A stretch of DNA of 62,012 nt, counting the filler, from Dimorphilus gyrociliatus (lineage: Eukaryota; Animalia; Annelida): NCBI GenBank assembly GCA_904063045.1. It is 4 parts of 4 records of this genome, joined end to end, with 100 filler letters (N's around TTAATTAATTAA, not from the genome) between each part and the next. Parts side by side here need not be neighbours in the genome. Positions count along the whole stretch, not along the records: positions 20,884 to 45,426 come from CAJFCJ010000069.1; positions 45,527 to 57,071 come from CAJFCJ010000260.1; 2 more parts are not named here. The stretch is one strand, 5' to 3'. Under the pieces are notes generated by a model. The model searched no databases, was not told the DNA's origin, and saw only the letters and a program-made list of their open reading frames with translations. Shown here piece by piece: positions 36,885 through 50,120 of the stretch. The position numbers and the translations under genes are program-made. Positions within the stretch are counted from its first letter, which is position 1. The number at the start of each line of letters is the position of its first letter.

Positions 36885-37091
36885 GGGGTCGACAGAAAAC
36901 GTCCACAAATGAGAAATTTCAAGACAAAAATTTGGATTGAGAAATGGTTGGGCAGAAGAAAACAGCAACTGATTTGTACTTAGGAGGGTCTCCTCTAAGG
37001 GTTAGGGCTAATGGAAAAGGTTAGGTACAGCTAAGGGTTGGGTTAGGGTTAGGGTAAAAGCACTGATTTGTATACGTTTTCTGTCGTATCC
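36885..37091 (+). mobile_element. TTAGGG-bearing MITE copy 3
   Basis: GGGGTCGACAGAAAACGT..ACGTTTTCTGTCGTATCC. Near reverse complement of copy 4. TSD not clean. Confidence 0.85.
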
Positions 37092-37629
37092 ATAACAAGA
37101 ATTAATAATCTCTATATAGAGATTGCTGCTATTCTCAACTTAAAGATCCATTGTTTGTGTGTGTGCGTGTGTGTATTTCTAGGTGTTCTGCTTAAAGTGA
37201 AGATAGGAGAGTAGCCTTAAGAGTTCTATCAATCGGTAATTGGCAGACCCTAAACATAACATCCTAAGCCCTGGCAGGAAACATAAAAAAGTAAATACTA
37301 ATTTTTGGAAAGACTTGTCATTGATTATTCTACACTATAATGCATAATAGGAGTGCCTTGTTTATAAGCCTCTGCTTTTCATGCTAAAAGTAAGCTTAAG
37401 ATTATTGCTCAAATGTTTAAATTCTGTTAATCCCTAAATCTTAAAAGTTACAGAATTTTTATTGCAAAAAAGGCAGAGGTATATTTCTTAACTCCTCCTA
37501 CTTTTCTATATTTGGTAGTTAGGATGAAAATGACAGGTCCTTAGCCATGCCATTCCTTATAGTAGTCAGTTAATGTAAAGACTCTGTTGAGTATTTTTTG
37601 TCAACAACTTTCTGAAATTAATTACCAAA

Positions 37630-38675
37630 ATGTGCGATAACGAGGCAACGGCTATTGTCATTGACAATGGTTCTGGTTTATGCAAAGCTGGTTTTGCTGG
37701 TGCCAAAACACCCAAGTCAGTTTTTCCTTCCATCGTTGGTAGACCAAAACAAGTTGCCAAGGACCAAAAAGATAGTTATGTTGGAGATGAAGCCCAAACA
37801 AAGAGAGAAATATTAACCCTCAAGCACCTAATCGAACGTGGTATTATAACCAACTGGAATGACATGGAAAGAGTCTGGGATCATACTTTCGCTAATGAAC
37901 TTCATAAGACCCCGAAAGAACATCCGATTCTGTTGACAAAAACCCCCTTAAACTCAAAGGCAAATCGTGAAAAAATGACTGAAGTAAGACAATAAGTGTA
38001 TTTCTAGTAATATAAATAGTAATTTTATTTATGTTAGTTGTGTTGTTTACAACAAAACTCTCTTCTTTGTATAACCTATAATCCAGTTCACAATAGATTT
38101 ATTTTTTTTATAGATTATGTTTGAAAAATTCCAATCTTCAAATATTCATCCAATGTATTTCAGTCATACAATTTGCCTGATGGACAACAATTAAGAATTG
38201 GAAATGAAAAATTCCGCTGTGCTGAAGCCCTTTTCCAACCTGCCCAAATGGGAATGGACTGTTCCGGCATCCATAAAATAATTAACAGCTCCATCTTGAA
38301 ATGTAATTCTGACTTAAGGTGACTATATATTTTGAATATTTTTATTATTCAATCGTTGAATATTCTCAAGAAACAAAAGCTTTTGTTAACAGTAACGAAT
38401 TTTATGCCAATATTGTATTGTCTGGAGGATCTACCATGTTTAAAGGTATTTCTGATAGACTAAAGAAAGAAATGTCAGTTTTATGCGCACGCTATCAGAG
38501 AATTGAAATTATTGCTCCGCCTGAAAGAAAATATTCAACATGGATTGGTGGTTCCATTTTTGCAGCTTTGTCTACTTTCCAACAAGCGTGCATGAGCAGT
38601 ACAGAATATGATGATATTGGACCAGCCATTGTACACAAAAAGTGCTTCTCACAAAAAGTGCTTCTAAACCTTTAG
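37630..38675 (+). pseudogene. Divergent actin with about 110 codons deleted and an altered C-terminus
   Basis: [30 protein letters not shown], then IMFEKFQ jumps to SYNLPDGQ..FRCAEALFQP, then [27 protein letters not shown]. Confidence 0.8.
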
Positions 38676-39186
38676 AATATGGATTTAGAAGATAAATTTG
38701 CAGTTTTCTTATATTCTTCTCATTCAATAAAATTCTTTTAGAATTAAGAAAACAATGGGTTAAGGGTATTACTTGGAGGGTTATTTATAAATTAAGATAG
38801 AGAATGTTAAAGGTATGAATGAGTAGAATAAGCACTGTACAATATTAATCTGAAAAATGTCTACCAGTTTGCAGTGTTTAAGACAAATAAAAATTGTTGT
38901 CTACAATTTTTCTTTTTATTTTACAAATTATCTATCTTAAAGAAGAAAATATGCTAAATCATAAATATCACATTTTACACTTTTAGCAAAACATTTAATA
39001 TCGGCCCTGCTAAAGCAGGATACACTTTTAGCATCTTGAGGTATTTTCTAATACTATCGAATATTGGCTGAATATGTCTGGTATTCTTCAAAAACTAAAT
39101 TTACAGTTTACAACATAAAGGCCTACTTTTGAAAAAACAAAAGAAATCTACTAAATATATCACGTGACAGATTTCATCTATAACAT

Positions 39187-40053
39187 CTAAAGAATTTCCT
39201 TTTCCATTTTATACATTCCCTGTAAAGTAAACAAAAATTTAAATTCCTTTCAATTTGTAATTTAAAGACGAAAAAATACGAACATGGCTTCCAAATAGAA
39301 AAATAGGCCTAGCCGTAAAAAGTTTAGTTGTAACATATCCCCATTTTTCATAGAGTCTTCTAGCGCCAAAATTTTTTAGTATAACAAGCAACGATATTTT
39401 CTATGGAGAGATTTCAATGCAATAATATTATATAAGTATAGGAATTTAAAAAAAAACTAACTGTATATCCTTTCTTTTTGGCCTCTTTTTCAGCAGCATC
39501 CAAGAGAATTTGACCAATTCCTTGTCCTCTAAATTCCCTATCTACAGATAGACAATCTATCATACACTCTCCATCTGTTAATTCCGACAGACATTGGGAC
39601 ACTGCAAACGATAAAAGAAGCTTCCATTTTGTACCAATTGATATTCCCCCAGTATTGAAATTACCATCAGAATTATCATTGCTAGAGAGAGGGAAGATTT
39701 TTGAATTTTTTCTTTACAAGAAAACTTAATACAAACTTTGAATATTTCATTTGACAAACTCCAACAAGTTTTCCATTTTCGTCCTGTGCAGCAATTATCT
39801 TTTGAAGGATTGATTTATCATTTTGCATAAAATCTAGGTATAACTTCATTCCTCTTTCAATGCGTTTGTCGCCGAATAAATAGAGTATTTTTTCATGAAA
39901 ACCTTCTATTAGTAATTCTGTAATCTTTACACTATCGTTTTCTGTGACTTGCCGAACAGTTATTTTTGAATTGTTTGTAATATAACTAGGTTTTAATTGA
40001 AAATTATCATTTTCAATTGGTATTGTTCGAAAACAGGCTTTGAATAACCACAT
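39187..40053 (-). CDS. GNAT-family N-acetyltransferase, 4 exons
   Basis: Motif A LSVDREFRGQGIGQILL, then NFGARRLYEKWGY, last exon GMYKMEKEIL with TAG at 39187-89. Confidence 0.8.
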
Positions 40054-40558
40054 CTTTCTACAGTATATATCCTGCCAACTCTATAATATCAACTGAACCT
40101 TATACCAGGCGTATATTCTTTTATATTTATTCTCTTCTAGTACAAGAGGTGAGCAGTGTAGGCCTATATTGAAAAATAGAGTGTCACGTGATACGATGTT
40201 TGTTACTAGAACGTAGGTATATCTTAATCATGTGACTCTTAATAAATTATTTGTAGTATTTTAGGTCAACTCTCATAGTCATTAGTAAGAAGTATTTCTC
40301 ATCAGTTTCATTTTTACATTTGTATCTATTATTAAATTTTTGTTCAAAAATAATATACAATTATTATAACCATATAACCACTGTTGATGTGAAGAAAAAT
40401 TAGATTATTGTCTAAATTCATTTAAAGGTTTTGTTTGATTGACAAACATTTCGAAATCTTTAATATTCATATAGTAGATGTTTAAGGTATATGATAAGAG
40501 TCAAAAATCAACCCTTACCTACTTAAAACGTTAGAAAGATTTCGTTTATGTTAGAATG

Positions 40559-40764
40559 GGATGCGACAGAAAACGTCCACAAATTGGTGCTTTTACCCTA
40601 ACCCTAACCCAGCCCTTAGCTGTACCTAACCTTTTGCATTACCCCTAACCCTTAGAGGAGACCCTCCTAAGTACAAATCTGTTGCTGTTTTCTTCTGCCT
40701 AACCATTTCCCAATCCAAAATCTAGTCTTAAAATTTCTCTTTTGTGGACAATTTCTGTTGACCC
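40559..40764 (-). mobile_element. TTAGGG-bearing MITE copy 4
   Basis: GGATGCGACAGAAAACGTCCACAAA..TTGTGGACAATTTCTGTTGACCCC, with 9-bp TSD GTTAGAATG (40550-58, 40765-73). Confidence 0.9.
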
Positions 40765-41140
40765 CGTTAGAATGTGTTCAAAAATGTGTGCAATTTCATC
40801 TTAAATTCAAGTCATGTGACCATAAAGCAAAAAGATCTACTATCCTATAACTATAGAATACGAAACTTTTAGTCAACAAACATTTCGTCTTACAGTACAA
40901 AAATAAGTAACGATTAGTATTTTTAGGATAAATTATCTAGGCCTAAATTCCTCCACTAAGTGTGGAATACTAAACCCTCCAGACCATTCGGCGGTGAAAG
41001 TTAACCCCCTGAAGCCCATTTGAGATCATTACACGGTTTTATACCCAACGATTGGCTAGGCCTAGAAATATTTAGTAACTCTTCATCATTTGTAATAGAC
41101 ACAAATCCTTTTATTAATAGATAAATAGGTTTAAAAAACA

Positions 41141-44100
41141 TCAATTAAGAAAAGCAGTTCTCTTTTGTAATAATTTTTTGACTATATTTCCTGCAGAATA
41201 TAAATCAAAAGACGTATTTTCTTTGTTCTTTTCGAAAATTGTTTCAATATTGAGATAAAACTTCTTTGAAACACAGTCATAAACTAAATTATCCAAAGAG
41301 AACTTTCCATTAAATGATAAACAATTGATATGAGCATAATCGAGTGCTTTAAATAAACTGATAATACAATTTGTCAATGTTCTTTCCTCCATAAAAAATT
41401 GTTTATTTAGTGGCAATGATTTCAAATCTATTCGTTTTAAGGTAAAGCACATATTGTTTTTTTTCATATTTAGAATTGTTGATGAAGCTATTTGAAAAAA
41501 GCAGATGATTGACCTCAAACCGAAAAAAAATATGTTTATACTACTATTCATAAAAGTTTCTTTAGTCACTTTTAACGCTAAAGTTTCCCTGAAACAAAGA
41601 GAAATTACATGGGTATTGAAACATACTTCTTTCTTCCTTATCTCTCCTCCGATAAAATCATTTATTCATACCGTTCTTCCAAATTCTTTAATTTCATCTT
41701 TCTATTATATCTAGAATTTTCACCAATCAACAAAACATATGAATTTAAAAAACAAATAACTGAGAATAATGTTAAAATTATTAAATTGTATTCAAAATTT
41801 TTCAATTTAATGTCCAAAAGTGTCGGTAAGAAACCTGTTTTAACACGCTAAATTACATAGAAGGTAGATTAATTTTTAAAGTTAAGAAACCTAAAACAGT
41901 AAACGTGGTCCACAAAACACAATCCAACACACTCAAAAATGTAAAATCCATTTTCATCCCAAATGTTTTCATTTCTGTAAGTGTCAACAATTTCATTTCC
42001 TTCATCTTTCCTTTAACATAGTAAATCATTTTAAGATGTAGACTGAAAGATGAGAAATAGATGAAGAAATTGGCTAAATTGAATAAGAGTAAAATATTGT
42101 AAGAATTTGGATTGTTCTGTGAAAAATGACCAATTGGAATGAAAAGACAAATCTCGGATTGAATGTATAAATCCTACAGTAAACACAAAACAATCAATTT
42201 AAAACGTCATTCATTCGTAAAATGTCAGGAATTCCATAACAAACCTTCATCATTTCGATCACAGCGATTGATAAAATTAAGCAGAAAGAGAATATGCCTG
42301 CCGCTGTAGTTTTGGGAAATCTAAACAGAATGAATCTTGTAAATGGACTTGTAACAACCATGTATCTCTCCAAGGAAATCAGGAATTTGCAAATTGGTGA
42401 TAAAGTTAATGAAAATGTAGAAATTACAGAAAGAGACTTGCAATAGAAACTGTTTCTCCATTCCTCATCAATCAGGAAATATTTCTGATTGAAGATAACA
42501 TTGAGACATGATATGAACAATAAATAGAGCGCCATTGTCAATTGGCTCAAGTATAAAAGGAAATGCGAATGTTTGGTAGCAGTGTAGAATTTCATTATTA
42601 TCAATAAACATAAAACATTTCCAATTATTGAAAAAATTGTCAAAAACCACAACTGAATTTCCAAATATTTCAAATTAATTATTCCTTCACAACTCAACAA
42701 TTCAGAATTTTCAGATTCGCAATAAACATTTATCGCTCTCATCAAACAACAAAATACAAAACTGCTGCTGTAGACTCTTTCCAAACTCTCTAAACCATTA
42801 ACTATCCCTTCGGTCAGCGTCAATGGGAGCGTCGATTCGTTTATGTAAAGCAATACAAGCTTTTGCAGAAGGATAAATGAATTCTCTTCAATTTCCCTCA
42901 GTCTGCAACCAGACACTTTGAGAATTTTCAGCCTTCGACTCGTTTCAAAATCCGTTCTCTTCAACGCTTTTAAACTGGTGTACGAAACGTCCAAATGCTG
43001 TAAATGATGACATTCCATGTGTTTGAGAAAATCTAACGATTTGATGGAATTCAAAAAGGAAACATCTACATAGTGCAACAATGTCAACTTATTGCCAAAC
43101 ACAAATTTTACATCCAATACAGAAATTCTATTTATAGAAAGTTGCAGTAAATTTGGAAACATTTCCAACTTCAAGTTGTGCAGCGATTTCTGATTTTGCA
43201 AAATTAAAATTGCCAAGTCACTTGACGATTGTAAAAAATCGACTGGCATTTGTCCACTGATTCTAACACTTTTGAACATTTTTGTGATGTTGCTGGACTG
43301 AATAGCATTTGGAGCTGAATGACTTTTCTCTGCAAAGTTGCAGCTTATTCCGAAAAGGAAAGATGGCAGACAATTCGAAATGTTTTCGTACAATCCCAAT
43401 GATGATTTACGACAATAAAGTTCATCGCTTGCAAAAATGCAATTGACGATTCCATCGCAAACTTTCTCCAGAATAATAAATTTCTTTTCTTTTCTGCATT
43501 TGAAAAATCCTTTGGGGAGAAAATCATCTAGACGTTTTATTGAAAAGAAGAGACTTGATTGAGAGGATAATCAGGGACAGATTCGACTTACCACAACCAG
43601 TTTCATCATCTCCAAGCGCACAGTGTTTAACATCATCACAAATCAATTCAACAGAAATGCAGTAATGATCTCTCCTGCAACTGTAATATCCATTTTCACA
43701 GATTTTCCTGTCGCATAACTTTGTTCTTTGAAATAAATCAGTTATTGGTATTCCTAAAGAGGTTTTCTCAAAATAGCAATATTTCTCTTCATCGGGAGAT
43801 TGCCGTCTGTAGCCCCGTGTTTCATCATAATAATCACAGTCGTACTTTCCATCGTTCTTATACGACTTTGGCAAACAACTGGAATAACATTGATAATGGT
43901 GTTTGCGGTTGCAACCTATATTTAGAAAGATGATTTTAGAAGATTTCAATTTCAAAGATTTCTTGCACAAACTCGTTTTAAATTGTTGCCTTAAAGCATT
44001 TTTATGAAAACATAGTTCGTCACTTTTGTCAAAGCAGTTTCTTTCATTGTTGCAGATATCGTCATCTTTCACGCATTGCCCATTTGAACAGGATCTGATT

Positions 44101-45426
44101 CAGTCAACCATTTCATCGCTTTTATCTAATTGTCTATGTAGAATATCATACCTGTCACCTTCTGTACAATTGTCCCTGTCTTTTTAAAATTGATGTTTCG
44201 AACAGTTTTGAATGTTTCTTTCAATTTAGAAATAGAGAACTTACTGCAAAAAATTTCATCCGTAGAATCTTGACAATCGATTATAAAATCGCAAAGTTTT
44301 GGAAAAGTTATCGATTCGTTTGAATTGAAACAAGTAAAATTTTTAACAGAGTATCTTTCGCAGTTTTCTTCATCCTCTTTCATTGGACAATCGTATATGC
44401 CATCGCAAAGATAGGCTGAATTTATTAAAATTTCACTTTTTCTACAGAAAAACAATGGTCTTCTCTGAACTAAAGATTCATTGTGAATTTCTAAGTTTTG
44501 AATGGAATTTATAGGTTGAATTTCTGTTTTATAAATTTAATTGTATTATTGAAACATTTTTTTGGGATTTTGAAAATACTAAGTGATTTTTGACAAACAT
44601 GCCAAAGTCGTTGTCTTTTATCGCAAGATATTGGTTTTGGTTGAAGAAACTCTAATCTGTCTAACTGGATATATATTAAGCTTTTATTATTATTGTTCAA
44701 AATATTTCTTGTTTTGTGTATACGGTAGATAAATGCCAACAAAATGAAAGGCAATTTCGTGTTAGTTTCTGTCTATTTGTGTAGTAATTTGAATTAGGAC
44801 TTGAAAAGATAAATTCTTTCTAAAAACAGAAGAGAATTATCAGAATAGAATTTTCATAAACTGGTGTTTTTTTTTAATTTTCATATAACAGTTTCTAAAA
44901 TGGATGACGGTAGATCCAACGAAATTCCACTGGTTGATATATAGAAATATTTTCCTTCAATAGTTTTCCTGTTCAAGTGAACTGTAAGAAATTTTTAAAA
45001 TTTTTAATTTGATTGATTTTCAAGTAATTTCTTACTATATCCAAACGGAGGTTTTTGGAATAGAGCTGACGATTGATATGGACTAATTATTCGATTAAGA
45101 TAGTAAAATACAAAAGATTTTTCATAAGATGGAAAATCACTGAGTTGAAGATTGTTTTTATGGCAAAAATGACCTAATTTACCGATTTTTATTTTAATAT
45201 CACTTTTAAAGAGATAGTAGCAAGTATCGTATATATTGTATGCATTGCTATCATTACAACCTAGGAAAATAATAGAGGAAGCTTTTAATTCTTGCTCAAG
45301 TTTTCACATTCATTTAAACAATTTACTCTTTATTTGCGTATTGGAACATTGAAGATGCCAATAAAAGTAGTCTAATCTCTCAAGAGGTTCGTGTCTTTTT
45401 AGAATGTTAGGAAGAAAGAATAAGAA
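41141..45426 (-). CDS. GRL101/LGR-like receptor (CTL-like, LDLa, LRR, 7TM) with downstream kinase-like exon; 5'-truncated by contig end
   Basis: LDLa motifs CDGIYDCPMKEDEENC and CDDVKHCALGDDETGC, LRRs and LISLERYMVV in 42194..43399, TM7 ICFLNSYVL near 41730. Confidence 0.8.
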
Positions 45427-45526
45427 NNNNNNNNNNNNNNNNNNNNNNNNNNNNNNNNNNNNNNNNNNNNTTAATTAATTAANNNNNNNNNNNNNNNNNN
45501 NNNNNNNNNNNNNNNNNNNNNNNNNN
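45427..45526. other. Artificial contig spacer
   Basis: 44 N + TTAATTAATTAA + 44 N. Confidence 0.97.
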
Positions 45527-46251
45527 CAAATAGGAGTAGGATAAGAGGAAGACAAGTGAAAAAATTGAGTAATACGAAATTTTTAAAATTTTGCTTTTTG
45601 ACAAAAAAAAGCTTTTAAATTTTCTAATCTGTTCAGCAAACAAGCTACTTTTTATGTTATCATTTCTCAATAATAAAAAAGATTTCTTACTTTTTTCTCC
45701 AGGGTTGGGGGTTAGGGTTTAGAAATGGTGTTTTTTTGAGTTAGGTTAGGGTTTCAACTTGAACAATTTGCATTTCAAGAAGTTTAAAAAGGTTATACCA
45801 GTTTTCTTCAATTTATCTTTTTTTTTTCAAAAGAAAATCACTTGTTCCTTAGACTTTGCCTTTTATTCATAAATAAACTTCAATTTATTCAAATTGTGTC
45901 CTTTATCACCTCAATACTGTCTTCAATGTTCTCTAATAGCCTAACCCTATCCCTAAAAAGGGCAATAATGCCATATGCTACTTGTTCCATTCCTATGATC
46001 ACCATACAACAAAGTACAATATGTATAAATATTTGTGTGTCAGGTGCCATACTACTATCACCTGGAACAGAAAAGAATGCCCATTGAAACTGATAACAAA
46101 TGTTTAAATGTGATTTTCATTCCAAGAACATTGTTATTTCTATAAAAAATAATGCAAATAATATTTTGGAACTTTGTGAAATTAAAAGAAAATTATAACT
46201 TGTAGCCAACAGACAGAGTCCTCTTGTGGTCGATTTTTTTTTATTATATAA

Positions 46252-46700
46252 TCAATCCATAATAATATATGTTTGGTGTGTTCTTTGAAAATCATACTTT
46301 TGTTGAGAATTTACATTACAACTAGTTAAATTGAATTCTTTCAAAGTATTCAAAGAGGATTGAAGTCCTTTATGAATTATTTTAAATCCTTTTCCTATCT
46401 TCAAATTTGAAGATAAATCAATGTAACGCAGCAAAAAGCAATGTTGAAATATTTCTCCTAGACATTTTACATTTTCATCATCTAAATTACAGAAACCTAC
46501 TTTTAATTGTCTTACAGTTTGAGAACAGGAGTGAGCCATTTAAAAACAATTTTAAATCCATTTTTTGCCTCTTCATTTGAACATAACTCAACATTTTCCA
46601 ATGAAGAGAAATCTTCATGTGTCTCTCCTAAGTATGTGACCTGTTCATTTAATAAAAAACACCATTGTAAGGCAATTGTTTTTAAAGTTAAAAAATATTG
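46252..46700 (-). pseudogene. Frameshifted RI-like LRR paralog
   Basis: CLGEIFQHCFLLRYIDLSSNLKIGKGFKIIHKGLQSSLNTL matches the 33910 repeat. The upstream part is in another frame. Confidence 0.65.
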
Positions 46701-47200
46701 AGCAGCCTATAAAACAATATCTATGGACAGTGTATAAATTTTCATTTGGAGCACTCATTTATGGAGCTCTTAATAGCTTCTCAATTTCTTTTAGAGATAT
46801 AGAGAGATGTGATGGAAAATTTCCACAGCCCTTGGGTTTGCCTAACCATCAGATGGTATCCCACTCCAATTCCGATACTATCCATCTTCCATTTTGGCAA
46901 AAGCTTTCATTACAAATATGCAACTGTTCACAAACTCAATAATGAACAAACAACTAATGAAAATATCAATATCTCTTCTTATAGGGTTTAATAGTAATTT
47001 ATTATTTAGCAGGTACATTCTATTGAGTTAGGCAATCAAACAAAAACTTTTTGTTTGATTTATAAATTTGTAAGGAAAATGATTAGTTTGCAAAAATACT
47101 GATAATATTAGCATAATTTTGAAATTAGTATAAAAGAAGAGAAACTGTAGAAAACTTTCTGGTTTTTGTCTATGCAATAGATATTCCTTCTTCAGTTATC

Positions 47201-47957
47201 ATGTTTATCAATTTCCTCCTCTTCATTCTACAATTTTTTATAATTAATTGTCAAGTTTGCAAAGACAGGAAAATTGGATTATATGATGGAAACCTCTTCC
47301 CTGATTCGAGCTTTTCAGATTATCTTCCTCATGGCAATCATTATCCGGCAGAAGCTAGAATTATTAGTCAGACATCATTTCCTACTTGGCATGGGAAAGT
47401 ATTAAAAAGAAGTTGGATTCAGGTCAACTTTGGTATGTTCACTGTTTTCCTTTTGGGATAAATTTCTCTTTATTTTTAACTATATAGGTCAAATTTATAG
47501 TATATTTGGAATGGATATTAGAGGAAGTTGCTGGTGTACAAACAATATCACTGAACCATACTATTCCAGTACATTTAAATTGTTATATCAGGAAACAACA
47601 AATTCGCAAATGATCACCTACAAAGATGAAACTAATGACAAAGTGAGCAATGGTTAATTTATCAATGAGATAGCTATCACTAATTTGAATATTCAAAATT
47701 AGTTGTTCAAAGGAAATACATACAATACATGGAATGTAACTATTCATATCGATTTTGACAAAAATATTGAAACTGACACAATTAGAATTGTACCTTGGAC
47801 TGGTTATGTTCCAGGTGTTGCACTTGAATATTACGGATGCAGTAAGGATACTCTTCTTTCTTTTATTTGCTATTTACTCATCATCTATTCCATCCTCTTT
47901 CCATCTTTCATAGGCCTAGTTGAAAATTATCAAGATGACTTAGGTTTTATTGATTAG
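47201..47957 (+). CDS. Secreted F5/8 type C (discoidin) domain protein, 3 or more exons
   Basis: Signal peptide, then SWIQVNFG, GMDIRG, FKLLY, FKGN, IETDTIRIVPW and LEYYGC. Confidence 0.8.
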
Positions 47958-48963
47958 GATACTTAATCAATCAATTATTGATAGACACATGATGACAGAT
48001 TGACCAGCAAACATATTGAATAATATATTTTCTCTGTTTGTCTTCTAATAATTACATTGACAGGTTGTCTCAATTGTATTCTTTTCTAAGGAAGATAATA
48101 TTTGTTAATGCTTGGCAACATCTACAAAAGTCATGTGATGTAATAAGCGAAAGAGCTTTTGAATAAAATATATTAAAATCCCACCAAATTTTAATATTAT
48201 CTCTCCTACTATAATCCTAAATCTTCAAATAGATATTTTGGGACCAGGTATGAAAAAATATCTCTTTTTATTTATATTCAACTGATTTCCAGCCTATTTC
48301 CAGTATTGCAGTGCTCTATCAACAGTAGACTGTGTGTTTTTTGGATTAGTGACATTTTGGAAAAGCTTACAAAGTATAAGGGCATTGGCGGCCTTAAATG
48401 ATATTCATTTGCTTAACAAAAACGGGTATGAAAGAAAAGTTGTGTCTCTCTTTTCTTTTTGTGTTTTTACACTAAGCCCAACAATTAGCAAGACTGTTTC
48501 CATTTTGTTTGCTCATAAATCCTAGAAATACCTCAAACATTGCCTTCAACTTGGTCTATTGTTACAATATCTAACTGATATGTTAACTTTATTACCAATT
48601 GTACTAGACAACAGATGGCGTAATGAAAGAATGATTACAACTTTTTTATTTCACAAGATAAATAGTTATTAAAATTCATTTCCACATTGAATATAAATAT
48701 ATATAGAATATTTTCAAATTCAACATTATACAACCATTAATTAGAATGAATTGTTCATGCGCTGAAGGCAGAAGATTCTCTTTGTATAAGTGTACTTTCC
48801 TGCTGAGGTTGTAGGTAAGTACTGGTCCAAATAGAACTGAACCAGGAGTAAGCCACTTAGAAGAGAGATGTAGAATTGATGAAGGATGAATATAGAACCA
48901 AACCGTAAGAATAATATAACTGTATTCTAAAGTAATACTAGACCTGTTCACTAAGGGGGTAAA

Positions 48964-49064
48964 GGACAGTTGACCCCCGGACAGTTGACCCCCATCCAGA
49001 CAGTTGACCCCAGGACAGTTGACCCCCTTCCAGACAGTTGACCCCCTTCCAGAAAGTTGACCCC
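48964..49064. repeat. Six-unit tandem array GACAGTTGACCCC(N2-6)
   Basis: Seen directly. Confidence 0.9.
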
Positions 49065-50120
49065 TAAGATGGATAATTCTTAGACTGTTGAACATTTTGA
49101 CTTGTAAAACTGTCAATCTCATGAAGTTATTGTGTACTTCAATGAAAATCATCTTTTTTGAAAGAATTGAAAGTTGATAAGCTCTTACTTTTAATTAATG
49201 TTTGAAATATATTGTTAAAATTGTTAGATTTTTGGATAAAAATGGTTTAGAAACCAAGCTCTCATATCATAAATCATTGATCTTACAATGAAATTTGAAG
49301 AATAGACTAATAATAATAAAATAAACTAAAATAATTAGTTTCATATTCATCAAAATTTGTATTTCAAAAATTATGGAAAATACAAGTTGGAAATTTCTCT
49401 TAATACATCATCAGCTGTTAAGGTGATATTTATCTGAAAGGCTCTTTTACTTGTCATAGCAACCAGCATTATCTCGCTGAAATATGTAACTTGATAAGTT
49501 GGCTATGAATTTCTTGAAAAAAAGGGAAAAGCTCACCAGAAAACAAAACCAAAAAATTTCAATCCAACTCAGCAGATTTGCAATCTTTGTGAACCATTCC
49601 CCTATTGCAGTTGGTCTACTTTCTGTTAATTACTTTTGCAGATATTTATCTTAGGGAAAAATTGTATTTAGAGAAAAGGGAAGAATGGAAGACAGTCTGA
49701 ATTTTTTACACCTCCATTTGCATTTGATTGTGAATCTGACAGTATAAACATGTTTTTTGTGAGTGAATGAAAAAAAGAATCCTACAGTTATACTACATTC
49801 TTAAAAAATTAAATAGTATATTATTAATTAAATAGTATAATAATAACTGCCTGTAAATCTTTGTTTAGTCTTAGACACTCCCAATTCTCCAGATTTAAGT
49901 ATTTTTAATCCTATTAATAAGACTAATGAAGTTCTGATTGGCCTAGTGTTGTTGTTATTGAAAAATGAGTGAATGGAAAGAATTGGATTGAAATTACACT
50001 GATATTCCTCCAATCAGAATACAGTCTTACTTCAAATATATAGTAAAGCACCATACTTTTCTAAAAATAATGCATTAATACAACATTTTTTTGTATTAAA
50101 AAATTTCAAGCACTTTATAT

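Noticed and set aside
48676-49152. 158-aa ORF with GGQLSGGQL repeats
   Set aside because: Produced by the stop-free tandem array at 48964-49064.
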